Assembly (NCBI GenBank): GCA_964487615.1
Contig: CAZARM010000002.1
Coordinates: forward strand, 32,160 to 74,823
Length of the DNA: 42,664 nt
Direction: 5' to 3'
Source: an uncultured Candidatus Saccharibacteria bacterium
GTDB lineage: Bacteria; Patescibacteriota; Saccharimonadia; Saccharimonadales; CAZARM01
The translations under genes and the position numbers were made by a program. Each line of letters starts with the position of its first letter. Position 1 is the stretch's first letter. The notes beneath the pieces were generated by a model, which did not search any database, had not been told where the DNA came from, and saw only the letters and a list, made by a program, of their open reading frames with translations. This document shows positions 26,882-36,221 of this stretch, in pieces.

Positions 26882-27217
26882 TTAGCTAAAAGAAATCCTT
26901 AGTAAAAAAATCAAAAAAAGTGCGAAACCGCCCAGCGTAAAAACAACACTGAGTGCGGCCTTCTTAGCTAAAGCATCTCGTTGCTCATCTGTAAATAATT
27001 GTTCATACTCCTTGGTATAGCTGGCATGCAACATACTGGCAAGTTGCCCATAGCTGCCTATACCAAATAACATTGCCTGGGATGGCTTTGTAGGTCCAGC
27101 ATACCTGTCTATATTCTTTTGGAGCATTTCTGCGGTCCATTTGACACGGGACTTCTTCCCGCTTGAGGCCAGCTTCTTGGCGTTATTTAGTATATGTTCG
27201 GCAAGTTTATTTAACAT
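26882..27217 (-). CDS. tail-anchored small protein, unknown function
   Basis: ORF track. The internal ATG at 27217 is preferred. C-terminal TM (LSVVFTLGGFALFLIFLL). Confidence 0.4.
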   Translation of the reverse strand: MLNKLAEHILNNAKKLASSGKKSRVKWTAEMLQKNIDRYAGPTKPSQAMLFGIGSYGQLASMLHASYTKEYEQLFTDEQRDALAKKAALSVVFTLGGFALFLIFLLRISFS

Positions 27218-27421
27218 AAAAACAGCATAGCACCACATTTCAACGAATCGCAAGCACATCTAATTAAACTTACAGTCGGAGAAGATAAAGGTAATGCTAA
27301 TAGCTTGCTTGTACGAAAAGCCTTAACTCTTTGCCAGAAAATTACTCGAATCTTATCGAGCTGATGAGATTATCATATAGTGTTCTGTAAGGCTCGCTTA
27401 GCGAATAGGGAAACCAGATTC

Positions 27422-27496
27422 CTAAAGTAGTCCGCGGCGACGGCGACGGCGCCTGGCGCCTGCAATTGAAACCGGGGTAAGTGGTCGGCCGATCAT
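27422..27496 (-). CDS. candidate 24-aa micro-ORF with a run of seven Arg (MIGRPLTPVSIAGARRRRRRRGLL)
   Basis: Hand translation of the minus strand. AGGAGG lies 8 nt upstream of the ATG, which is 25 nt after the stop of the preceding gene. Too short for the ORF track. Confidence 0.3.
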   Translation of the reverse strand: MIGRPLTPVSIAGARRRRRRRGLL

Positions 27497-27521
27497 AATA
27501 TTGCCCTCCTTTTTACTTAAC

Positions 27522-27950
27522 TTACTTAGTCTCGGCTATTTCCTTGACTGATTCTTCAACTTTGTCTGGGTGTATGCGACCCTCGTCTAGTAGCATTGCG
27601 CCCTTATCCAGCAGTGCTTTCTTGAGTCCCTTAGCCCAAAGGTGTTCGATTACCAATACTCCAGCTGATGTATCATTGTCCATCTTGGCGCCTATTTTGT
27701 TGACATCTTCCTCCGTTAGTAGTGGTAAATCGTCTTTATGACCGAGCAGTTTGGCCACTTCCTTTAACTCTTCGTGTTGGTCCTGAACTTCTGCCATTCC
27801 TACATCACCATTGGCATCCTTGATGATGAACAGCAGATCAACAACCCGTATGGTGCCGCTATCTACAGCCTTGGCAAGCTCGTTTAATATACTTCCATCA
27901 ACGTTGTTGCCGACAAAGCCCACAACTATATAATCAATTGGTCCTAACAT
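27522..27950 (-). CDS. small cytoplasmic protein resembling the actinobacterial DUF6325-type family
   Basis: N-terminus MLGPIDYIVVGF.GN...G.IL.EL...V..G.IRV.DL.FI.KD..G.V, recalled from memory of that family. Not verified by search. Confidence 0.5.
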   Translation of the reverse strand: MLGPIDYIVVGFVGNNVDGSILNELAKAVDSGTIRVVDLLFIIKDANGDVGMAEVQDQHEELKEVAKLLGHKDDLPLLTEEDVNKIGAKMDNDTSAGVLVIEHLWAKGLKKALLDKGAMLLDEGRIHPDKVEESVKEIAETK

Positions 27951-28053
27951 AACTTTCTCCTATTTAACTATTCTCAGTGTGTTCCCCTTAGGTTCAAATA
28001 GCAATTAAATTCAAATACATAACGTCTAGTAAGGTATGAATCCGGTCAGTTGA

Positions 28054-28701
28054 CTATAGCTCTAGCAGAACTTTTCTGAGATCCTTGATTACGTAATCAG
28101 CTTTTACCATTCCTGAATTATTGATGTGAGGGTGGCTGTAAAAATAGGTTGTACCGCCAGCAACTCGACGTAACTCCATGTCACTTTCTGAATCGCCAAT
28201 AATCACTAGCTTTTCAAACTGTTTATTAGACAGATAGTCTTTAAGTGCGTCTTCTTTGACTCCATGTTTCTGATGAGCATTGACACCAATTATTTTCTCT
28301 TCCGGGAAAAACTTTGTGATCCCTACAGTGTTAACAAACCACAATAAATCGTGTGGTCGTGTGTTGGAGAGGATTATTTGATCGTGACCAGCCTCATGAA
28401 TGGCGGTCAGTACTGCTAGCGAATGGTCGCTTGGTTTTATATGTTTGGCCAGTATGTCCAGATTCTTTTCCGCAAACTCAAAGCATGCTGCCTGCAACGC
28501 CATGTGCTGCTTGTTTGTTAACTCTGGCAGCAATCGCTCAAAATATTGAAACCACTTTAGCCCATAGAACTTTCTGTTATCTTCCTCGCTGAAACGTTCG
28601 GCGTAGCCGGCATCCTGTAACACTTGGTTTGAGATATCTAAAACCGCCAGGTCATTGTCCTTTTCCAAAACACCGTGAAAATCCCAAACAAACAATTTCA
28701 T
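28054..28701 (-). CDS. HAD-superfamily hydrolase
   Basis: Motif I as FVWDFHGVL (D-x-H instead of D-x-D), motif II LSNT, motif IV IIGDSESDMEL. Confidence 0.7.
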   Translation of the reverse strand: MKLFVWDFHGVLEKDNDLAVLDISNQVLQDAGYAERFSEEDNRKFYGLKWFQYFERLLPELTNKQHMALQAACFEFAEKNLDILAKHIKPSDHSLAVLTAIHEAGHDQIILSNTRPHDLLWFVNTVGITKFFPEEKIIGVNAHQKHGVKEDALKDYLSNKQFEKLVIIGDSESDMELRRVAGGTTYFYSHPHINNSGMVKADYVIKDLRKVLLEL

Positions 28702-28795
28702 TGGCTAATCATAGCACTCTGGCTTTGATGAGAGCCGCAGAAATTAAGACTTGAATCTGATTGGGAACACACTAGCCACGTCCGTCCTGCGTTTG

Positions 28796-29662
28796 TTATA
28801 ACAAATTGTTCTTGTGGTATACCCGGGCATACGGAGAAATATTTAACAAGCTTTCAGGTTCAACTTGTGAGCTTTTGGAGTTGGCTAAGAGCCTAACACC
28901 TAACCGGGGGCTGTAGCCAATCTTTGACTCTTCCGCCCAATCAGTATTACTCAAAATGTATAGCAAATCCTTGCTACTGACTGTGCCATATGTAGATTTC
29001 ACATACGGTTCATCACCCCCCTTATATGTTGTCACGTCTTCAAATTTTGGCTTCATAATTAGCCCGTAGTTTTCGGCAATATTTCTCATATGCGACTCCG
29101 GGTCTCGCTTGAGAGTTTCTAGGTTTACGTAAACTACATTCTGAAACCTATGTCTAAAACTATCAAAAATGATAATTTTTGATCGACGCATTGCATACAA
29201 GGAGTCGTACTCCTCTATCAATGTACGTTCTTTGACTTGGCTGGTGCGAACACGCTTACTCGGAGAGAACTCGCTACCTGGAGGGTCGCAATGGAATGCT
29301 CTAAAACGATTCCGTATGAAGCTACTAAAGTTCAAACCGTAAGATTCAGGCGACAAATGAGGAGCAAAATGTAGCGATTGAAGCCAATTCATAGGATTTC
29401 TATGGATCACAAATAGTACAGTGTCTTTGGACTCTGCCCAATCAAGCGGCATGATTTTGACATCATGCAAACCGCCTTTGTAATGTAGATATGTTTTGGC
29501 ACCAACATCTCCATGTTTCCAGCCAAAACTTCTCCTGACCATAGGAGTTGCCGCCCCAACAAATAACTTTGGAAAGTTTCTGGTTATCAAAGCATCCAAG
29601 TAATTGGTTCCGGAACAACGCATGCCGTATACTTGGCCACGCTTAATAGCCTGTTTCATCAA
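28796..29662 (-). CDS. sulfotransferase-like protein
   Basis: GMRCSGTNYL resembles the 5'-PSB loop and VIHRNPMNWLQS resembles the 3'-PB motif (R.P.....S). Assignment is tentative. Confidence 0.5.
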   Translation of the reverse strand: MMKQAIKRGQVYGMRCSGTNYLDALITRNFPKLFVGAATPMVRRSFGWKHGDVGAKTYLHYKGGLHDVKIMPLDWAESKDTVLFVIHRNPMNWLQSLHFAPHLSPESYGLNFSSFIRNRFRAFHCDPPGSEFSPSKRVRTSQVKERTLIEEYDSLYAMRRSKIIIFDSFRHRFQNVVYVNLETLKRDPESHMRNIAENYGLIMKPKFEDVTTYKGGDEPYVKSTYGTVSSKDLLYILSNTDWAEESKIGYSPRLGVRLLANSKSSQVEPESLLNISPYARVYHKNNLL

Positions 29663-29796
29663 TGAAAATAGTAACAGTAAAAATAAAAGCTCTCAATGCA
29701 TCGTTCACCTTTAGCACCTGAAGGCGTTGATGAGACGCGAACCTTAGTAAATGCTGTGATCCAACCAAATTTCTTGTTAAACTTTTGCGGCAAAAT

Positions 29797-30636
29797 CTAT
29801 CGGGCGAGTATGCTTTCTATTTCGTCTGCTGCGGCATTGAGAATTTCGGATGGGGCTTGTTCAAAAGCTTTGGTAGAGATTCGAGCTGGCTCATCTGGAT
29901 CAGGTGTCACCCGCATGTGGTCTATATCAAGGCTGACCTGGTCACCCACGATTTTGAACCTTTTCGCGAAGTAGCGGCTACTATCTTCAGGATCAGTATC
30001 AGATATGTGTACTTCCTGGTGGTCAAGCGAGTCGCTGTATCCAGAAGCTTCGTCAACAAAAATTCTGTTGAGCACATTTGCAACATCTTCAAATTTGGTT
30101 TTATCAGGTTCCCAGCCGGGTATCCGAGGCAAGAGAGCACACCTTATGTTGCCAGAACAGATCTTTGATTTTAGCCCTGTTCCCCGTGCATCTAGAATTT
30201 CGTGGAAAAGAGTTATAAAACGACGATTTGCCAGGGCCTCTGGGGTTTGTTGCCCGTCTGCCTCTAGAGATTTCAAACCGTAAGCGATGCAGGTATAGGC
30301 TAGATAGCCAGTTGCTGTTGTGCCAGTGGCATCCATCTCGAACCTAGTGCTCTGAGGAATAATCGTGGTTGGATTATCAGCGTCAAGTACGGTTGGTTCT
30401 TGGGGCAAGGGCTGATCCTCAGTATCCAAGAAAGTAAGTTTCAAATTCTGACCCGGCTGCGGTTCAAAAAGCTCTACAATCTCGTCGTCTCCAGCGGAGT
30501 TAACTACTTCCCGAAAACTAGTAGGGTCTACAATGACCTCAAACAAATTTAAATAGCCAAATCGCTGGCCCTCCCAGCTAGCTACTTGGCCATCAAACCA
30601 AGTATGATCAGGCAATCTCTCTTCAGGATCAACCAT
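29797..30636 (-). CDS. acidic hypothetical protein (279 aa)
   Basis: Long ORF co-directional with the ABC exporter upstream. No motif recognised. Confidence 0.55.
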   Translation of the reverse strand: MVDPEERLPDHTWFDGQVASWEGQRFGYLNLFEVIVDPTSFREVVNSAGDDEIVELFEPQPGQNLKLTFLDTEDQPLPQEPTVLDADNPTTIIPQSTRFEMDATGTTATGYLAYTCIAYGLKSLEADGQQTPEALANRRFITLFHEILDARGTGLKSKICSGNIRCALLPRIPGWEPDKTKFEDVANVLNRIFVDEASGYSDSLDHQEVHISDTDPEDSSRYFAKRFKIVGDQVSLDIDHMRVTPDPDEPARISTKAFEQAPSEILNAAADEIESILAR

Positions 30637-30680
30637 AATGAGTATATTATACTATATAGATAAATAAACGTCAATAATGC

Positions 30681-31484
30681 CTATATGCTAACGTCTCTGG
30701 TGTTGAAGCGCCAGGCAGCAAGGATGCTACCAAGAATAATTATGCTACCGAATACAATCCATGAGCTCGACATGATGTGGCCGGTAGATAGCGTTTCGGC
30801 CGTATTGAAGTAAAAGAATAATGAGAAGTGCTTTAGCCATGACAAGTCGTTGCTGATAAGCGCCAGGAGGTAGGCAACATAGCTAACAATTATGGCGCTG
30901 GTAGTAATTGCGTAAACTTTGCCTTTTTCACTGACCCAACTGGATACAACCAGCCCAACAACGTAGATAGTCAGCATAAACAGACTGGTCAGAACCCAGG
31001 CATTAAACAGTACTGTGAAGTGAGAAGGGATGTTATAGGCTGCGGCCCAAGGAATCACCCCGAAGACCGAGACACCCGTGAACAGCAATATAGTTACCAG
31101 CCCTGCCACATACTTGGCGGTGAAGATCTGAATCCTTTTTTGAGGCAATGAAAGCAACAGACCCATGGTGCCGTTTTGAATTTCGCCAGCAAATTGGCCA
31201 GCCGCTCTACCCAAGGCGATGATTATGGCAAGCAAGGGCCACAGCAGACTGAAATGCTTAGCGTTTAAGTACTCCTCAATAGTATCCAGAGACAGATTGT
31301 TTAAACCTAGCGCGTCCAGCAGACCTTTAGGGTACGTCTTTACTAGCTCCTGAAGTTGTTGAGTACTGTTTTGTGACGATCTGAATGTGGCAACATATAG
31401 CCAAATCATTAGCAATGAACCCAGGCAGTAGGCGAGTAATGACCACTTTTTATCTTTGAGTTCTCTTGCTACGATTTGCCACAT
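30681..31484 (-). CDS. ABC-2 family permease
   Basis: Six predicted TMs. Starts 1 nt after the ATPase gene stop. Confidence 0.7.
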   Translation of the reverse strand: MWQIVARELKDKKWSLLAYCLGSLLMIWLYVATFRSSQNSTQQLQELVKTYPKGLLDALGLNNLSLDTIEEYLNAKHFSLLWPLLAIIIALGRAAGQFAGEIQNGTMGLLLSLPQKRIQIFTAKYVAGLVTILLFTGVSVFGVIPWAAAYNIPSHFTVLFNAWVLTSLFMLTIYVVGLVVSSWVSEKGKVYAITTSAIIVSYVAYLLALISNDLSWLKHFSLFFYFNTAETLSTGHIMSSSWIVFGSIIILGSILAAWRFNTRDVSI

Positions 31485-31485
31485 C

Positions 31486-32352
31486 TTAGTAATACTCCAT
31501 AAACACGTCTTCTAGACTGACGTGGGAAATCTCTAGATCTACAAGCTGGTATTTGGACAAGGTTTTAGCTATAAAATCCAAGCAACCGCGCGTCTTGAGG
31601 CGAATATTGTTGCCGCTTCCACCTAGGATTTCTACACCTTCCCTCTGAAATTCTTTCTGGTCAATTGTCTGTTTAGTTACTGCCTGCACAATGTGGACGG
31701 TCATTTGTAGTATGTCTTTCATGGCCTCGCTAGCAACCAGCTTGCCTTCTTTAATAACTGCCACGCTGTCGCACAGCTGCTGCACTTCAGATAAGTTATG
31801 TGAGGACAGAAAGACACTGCCGCCTGCCGCACTAAATTCTTTCAGAAGTTTATATAGCTCGTTTTGAAGTAATGGGTCCAGACCTCGGGTGGGCTCGTCC
31901 ATAATAAGTAGCTTGGGATCCCCCAGAAACGCAAGGATGATAGCCAACTTCTGTTTGTTGCCAGATGACAGGCGACCGATCCTGACATTTGTGTCTAGAT
32001 TAAATCTTTTGACCAATTCGTCAGCCCAGCCCCTGCCTTTTATACTGCCGATAAAGTCTATATGTGTCGATGCTGTCCATTTGTCATGCAGTTGCATATC
32101 AGATGAAAGGTACCCAACCATGTTCTTTAAATCGGCACTGTCATCATGGGCGTCGTGTCCTAGAATGTGTATTTCGCCGGAAGTAGTCCTGATGTAATCC
32201 ATCAAGCAACGAATCATAGTGGTCTTGCCAGCACCATTTGGCCCTAGGAACCCAAAGATATGGCCCTTTTGGATAGTTAGAGAAACTTTGTCCAAGGCTC
32301 GTTTTGAACCAAAGGTTTTAGTTACGTTTTTGATTGATATTGCAGTTGCCAT
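31486..32352 (-). CDS. ABC transporter ATP-binding protein
   Basis: Walker A GPNGAGKTT, signature LSSGNKQK, Walker B LLIMDEPTRGLD, H-loop SSHNL. Confidence 0.9.
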   Translation of the reverse strand: MATAISIKNVTKTFGSKRALDKVSLTIQKGHIFGFLGPNGAGKTTMIRCLMDYIRTTSGEIHILGHDAHDDSADLKNMVGYLSSDMQLHDKWTASTHIDFIGSIKGRGWADELVKRFNLDTNVRIGRLSSGNKQKLAIILAFLGDPKLLIMDEPTRGLDPLLQNELYKLLKEFSAAGGSVFLSSHNLSEVQQLCDSVAVIKEGKLVASEAMKDILQMTVHIVQAVTKQTIDQKEFQREGVEILGGSGNNIRLKTRGCLDFIAKTLSKYQLVDLEISHVSLEDVFMEYY

Positions 32353-32526
32353 GCTAATACGATAGCAGAGTTGGCCGGCTATTTCTGACTTAGTCGATAT
32401 TCATGGCCATGAAAGCTTTATCCGAGGTGATCATAGTCACACTCAAAAAGTGAGCATCATTACTGCTGGCCGGTCCGGCCAGGCCTATTATTTAAGTGTA
32501 ATTAATAGCAGACGGAGGATAGCGCT

Positions 32527-32955
32527 ATGGCAACAGTACAACGTCAACAAGTTACAGGGTGGACTGGCTGGGTCGGGCTGGCCGGGATATTAATGGTAAC
32601 GGCAGGTATCGTGCATATGCTTTTTGGCCTAGGAGGAATATTTAGCCAGGACTGGTACATTACAACCTCAAATGGAGCATGGCTTTTTGACGCTTCTGCT
32701 TGGGGGTGGTCAATGATTGCCGGAGGACTATTATTGGTCCTATCAGCATCCTTGCTTATGACGGGGCACATGCTTGGAAGGGTAATTGGCGCGATCTTAG
32801 CAGCAGCTAGCTTGCTTGTGAATGTCGCTCTTTTTTCCGCCGCTCCAGTATGGTCATCTCTTGTCATATTTATGGATGTGGCAATGCTCTACGCCATCAT
32901 TGCTCATGGAGGCGAAATGAAACAGCTGGAAGACAACGATCCCACAGTTTCATAA
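32527..32955 (+). CDS. four-TM integral membrane protein, unknown function
   Basis: Four hydrophobic helices rich in Gly, Ala and Trp. Followed by a terminator. Confidence 0.6.
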   Translation: MATVQRQQVTGWTGWVGLAGILMVTAGIVHMLFGLGGIFSQDWYITTSNGAWLFDASAWGWSMIAGGLLLVLSASLLMTGHMLGRVIGAILAAASLLVNVALFSAAPVWSSLVIFMDVAMLYAIIAHGGEMKQLEDNDPTVS

Positions 32956-32960
32956 GCAAT

Positions 32961-32990
32961 AAAGGCTTTGAGGTCACTCGAAGCCTTTTT
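32961..32990 (+). terminator. intrinsic terminator
   Basis: AAAGGCTT / AAGCCTTT stem followed by a TTTT run. Confidence 0.6.
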
Positions 32991-33075
32991 GTATGTGCCG
33001 ATAAATGATCAATAGATCTGCCCCTGACCTTACATGTCTCAAACAGGGCACATAAGCCTATGCTATGCTTAGGTT

Positions 33076-33537
33076 ATGAAGGCTGGTCAAAAGCACGCAT
33101 ATGATTTTCTTAAGCTCAACCACATGGGCATTTTGTCCACATCAACAGATGATTGTAAGCCCTGGGGATCGGCAGTTTACTTTGTTGTCGACGAAGATTT
33201 TAACATATTCTTTGTAACCCGCATGAAAACGTTTAAGTACCAGAATCTAGACAAAAATCCCTACGCGGCGCTGACAGTAGTGGATGAAGAAACTCAGACT
33301 ACAGTGCAGCTCATGGGTAAAATATCAAAAGTACCGATCGCAGATTACAAGGACATAGTTTTTACCAAACTCGTCGCTATTCGACCTAAAGGTGATCCAA
33401 ATTGGGCGCCTCCTATAGAGAAGGTACACAAAGGTGACTATATTGCCCTGCGGATTACACCTAGCAAACTACAGTACGCTAACTTCAAGCTACAAAGCAA
33501 AGATTTCGACCATAACTACGTAGAAAAGATTATCTAA
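33076..33537 (+). CDS. pyridoxamine 5'-phosphate oxidase-like (FMN-binding split-barrel) protein
   Basis: The pattern FL....MGILST......PWGSAVYFVVDEDFNIFFVT...T.K..NL..NP.AALTV is typical of PNPOx-like proteins. Confidence 0.65.
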   Translation: MKAGQKHAYDFLKLNHMGILSTSTDDCKPWGSAVYFVVDEDFNIFFVTRMKTFKYQNLDKNPYAALTVVDEETQTTVQLMGKISKVPIADYKDIVFTKLVAIRPKGDPNWAPPIEKVHKGDYIALRITPSKLQYANFKLQSKDFDHNYVEKII

Positions 33538-34325
33538 GAAAGTAGTGCGCCACCATCTACTACTATCTGTTCACCAACCATGTAGCTGGCCATGTCAGAA
33601 GCTAGAAATAAGGCAACGGTACCGATCTCATCAGGTTCACCCATCCGGTGCATAGGGATGTTGGCCATGAACGCTTTGGTGCTGGCCGCCATTTGTTCAG
33701 CAGATGCGCCTTGACTCATTGCGGCCACGCCAGGTGTAGCAACTCCACCAGGTGCAATAGCATTGACCCAAATCTTATGTTCGGCTAACTCTAGAGCTGA
33801 GTTTTTGGTGAAGCCCCAGACACCGTGCTTAGAAGCATCATAGTGGGCTAGGCCAACCATCGAAGGGTGCAGGGCATCGATAGATGTAATGTTGATAATC
33901 TTGCCACCGCCTTGGGGCTTCATTACCTCAGCCGCATGTTTTGTGGTCAGGAACACGCTCCTTAGATTTACATGGATGACTCTTTCAAATTCTTCCTCGG
34001 ACATTTGAGCAACAGGCTTAGGTGGGTAAATACCGGCGTTATTGACTAGTATATCTACCGATCCAAACTTCTCTTTGCAAGCTGCAATCATAGCTTGGAC
34101 TTGCGCTTCGTCTGATACATCAACTTTGAATATTTCGGCTTTCCAGCCCTTGTCCACCAATTCCTTTGCGGTCGCCTGTGCTGTTTGCTCATCAAGGTCA
34201 GCAACAAGTACTTTTGCACCAGCTTCGGCCAGACGGTAACTTATGCCGTATCCAATACCTTTTGCACCTCCAGTCACAACAGCAACTTTACCGGTTAAAT
34301 TAAGCAGGTCTTTATTTGGTTTCAT
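33534..34325 (-). CDS. short-chain dehydrogenase/reductase (FabG-like)
   Basis: TGGAKGIGYG, NNAG and catalytic S...YDASKHG. Confidence 0.9.
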   Translation of the reverse strand: MKPNKDLLNLTGKVAVVTGGAKGIGYGISYRLAEAGAKVLVADLDEQTAQATAKELVDKGWKAEIFKVDVSDEAQVQAMIAACKEKFGSVDILVNNAGIYPPKPVAQMSEEEFERVIHVNLRSVFLTTKHAAEVMKPQGGGKIINITSIDALHPSMVGLAHYDASKHGVWGFTKNSALELAEHKIWVNAIAPGGVATPGVAAMSQGASAEQMAASTKAFMANIPMHRMGEPDEIGTVALFLASDMASYMVGEQIVVDGGALLS

Positions 34326-34732
34326 GAGTGAACCTTTTCTTTAGTTAATATATCGTCAACTTCAATAATCAAAGATTTATTAGATAGGGAAGTTTCTGCC
34401 AAAGACAGGCAGAGGCTGACAATCATTGCAATGACGGACAGACCAAAAGAGTAATTACCAAGATTCTGCAATTCGGCAAAAATCAAAAACATTGAAGCAC
34501 AAGCTAAGGCCAGAGCAATAGCTCCAATTGTCAGCATGTAACGGGATAGTTCTATTCTTTTTTTGAGAATCCTGATTTGGAGTGCCACCTGGACTCGTTT
34601 GTATCCTTGATCATACTCAGCTTTAAAAGTTCTTATGACAGCCGCGGTACTTTGATAACGATTTACATAACCAAGCATCAATATAGCAATTGCTGGAAAT
34701 AATAAAGCGGGTGTTGTTATAGGAATGTCCAT
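34322..34732 (-). CDS. three-TM membrane protein (DUF2721-like)
   Basis: Hydrophobicity pattern plus 4-nt start/stop overlap with the SDR gene. The family name is from memory only. Confidence 0.5.
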   Translation of the reverse strand: MDIPITTPALLFPAIAILMLGYVNRYQSTAAVIRTFKAEYDQGYKRVQVALQIRILKKRIELSRYMLTIGAIALALACASMFLIFAELQNLGNYSFGLSVIAMIVSLCLSLAETSLSNKSLIIEVDDILTKEKVHS

Positions 34733-34760
34733 AAACTAGATACTAACATAACCTTTATAG

Positions 34761-35027
34761 TTAACTAGTTTTCTTGCTATCAGCTTCGGCTTCCATTTTA
34801 GCTAGTCGTGTGTAGTAGTCCGGAATTTCTTTCAGATGAGCCCATGCTATGCGTCCCGTAAAGAGTGGGTCGTCTTTGGTCACGTTGGTGTCGTCTCCAA
34901 AGTGCGAGCCGTGTTCTAGCTCAACTGCTAAACCCATGCGGAATTGCTCTAAATCAAACTTTGTAAAATCAATACCGATTTCTTCGCCAATCTTTTTGGC
35001 CTCTTCGAGTGTAAATTCTTTCTTCAT
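34761..35027 (-). CDS. small acidic cytoplasmic protein (DUF5661-like)
   Basis: ORF track. The G..VE.EH....T.VT.DD......IA.AHL.E.PDYY..L motif is recalled from memory. Confidence 0.5.
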   Translation of the reverse strand: MKKEFTLEEAKKIGEEIGIDFTKFDLEQFRMGLAVELEHGSHFGDDTNVTKDDPLFTGRIAWAHLKEIPDYYTRLAKMEAEADSKKTS

Positions 35028-35116
35028 AAGTCCTCCAGCCCCTAGTCTACTCTAAACGTAAGCCAAACAAGACTTAAAACAAACATGAAGCTTTATATCT
35101 TCTAGAGACTCACTAT

Positions 35117-35435
35117 TTAGCCGTGAACTCTTCTCATAAGCTGTTGCTTTAGGTGATATCTACTTTGCACACAAAGCCTGAACACGGTTCCGAAATCTCG
35201 CTTACCTACCGATACTGGTTCGTCAGGATGTGGCATGTATTTAAAAAAATCTTCCATGATGGTCCTTCTAGCCCTATCGGGCGTAGCGTAGCTTAAATTT
35301 AGGTACTTTATGTAGTCGGTATAGATTTTTGTTATACGGTTCAAAGGAAGTGGTGTAATAACCTGGCAACACAGTTAGGTCGCGCACATCGATTACTCCC
35401 TCGATCTCTTTACTGTTAAATTTTCTCTTAGTCAT
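35117..35435 (-). pseudogene. two overlapping short ORFs in adjacent frames, possibly one frameshifted gene
   Basis: A 53-aa ORF (35274..35435; AGGGGGA Shine-Dalgarno plus ATG) overlaps the 75-aa TTG-started ORF (35117..35344) in an adjacent frame. The overlap contains an A5 run (AACAAAAATC). Confidence 0.3.
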
Positions 35436-35573
35436 AAATCCCCCTACTACTTACAACTAATATTTTGAGACATGTGATTGATGCGCTAAATGACACTGCT
35501 CAACATTACTATGTGATATCAATCAATTGCAGTTTGACTTAGCGAAGACTATAGTGCCTACAGAGGTTAACGC

Positions 35574-36221
35574 ATGACTGAAGATGTCGCCACCAAAATT
35601 GAAGAATTTTTTGCTAAGTACAGGTTGCGAAGCTATTCAAAGGGCCAGATTCTAATACTTAGCGGAGATCAAGCCGACTACGTATATCACCTCATTAAGG
35701 GCAAGGTTAAACAGTACGACGTAACCTACAGAGGTGATGAGATCATTCTGAATGTATTTAAACCTCCTGGCTTTTTCCCTATGTCACTGGCAATTAATAA
35801 AGTACCTAATCCCTATATTTACGAAGCTGAAAGTGACGTTGAGATCCGCCAAGCACCTGCTAATGAAGTGATCGCTTTCATAAAGGCCAATCCTGATGTC
35901 TTGTATGACTTACTGAGCAGGGTTTACAAAGGGGTAGATGCTTTACTTGGCCGCATGACGTACTTAATGGCCGGCAGTGCCCATAGTCGTTTGATATACG
36001 AACTCTTAATTGAAGCACGAAGGTTTGGCACTCAGCAGGGGGATGGCTGCGTACTGGATATTAACGAAAAAGCTTTGGGAGCTAGAGCCGGCTTAAGCCG
36101 GGAGACAGTTAGCCGTGAGATCCATAAACTTAAAGAAGAAAAGATGATAGAAACTGGTAGCACAGGCATTCTAATTAATAATGTTGCAGCACTTGAACAG
36201 AAACTTGGTCCAGAAGTTTAA
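35574..36221 (+). CDS. Crp/Fnr-family transcriptional regulator
   Basis: N-terminal cNMP-binding beta-barrel and C-terminal HTH (ALGARAGLSRETVSREIHKLKEEKMI). No N-terminal Cys cluster, so Crp-like rather than Fnr-like. Confidence 0.85.
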   Translation: MTEDVATKIEEFFAKYRLRSYSKGQILILSGDQADYVYHLIKGKVKQYDVTYRGDEIILNVFKPPGFFPMSLAINKVPNPYIYEAESDVEIRQAPANEVIAFIKANPDVLYDLLSRVYKGVDALLGRMTYLMAGSAHSRLIYELLIEARRFGTQQGDGCVLDINEKALGARAGLSRETVSREIHKLKEEKMIETGSTGILINNVAALEQKLGPEV

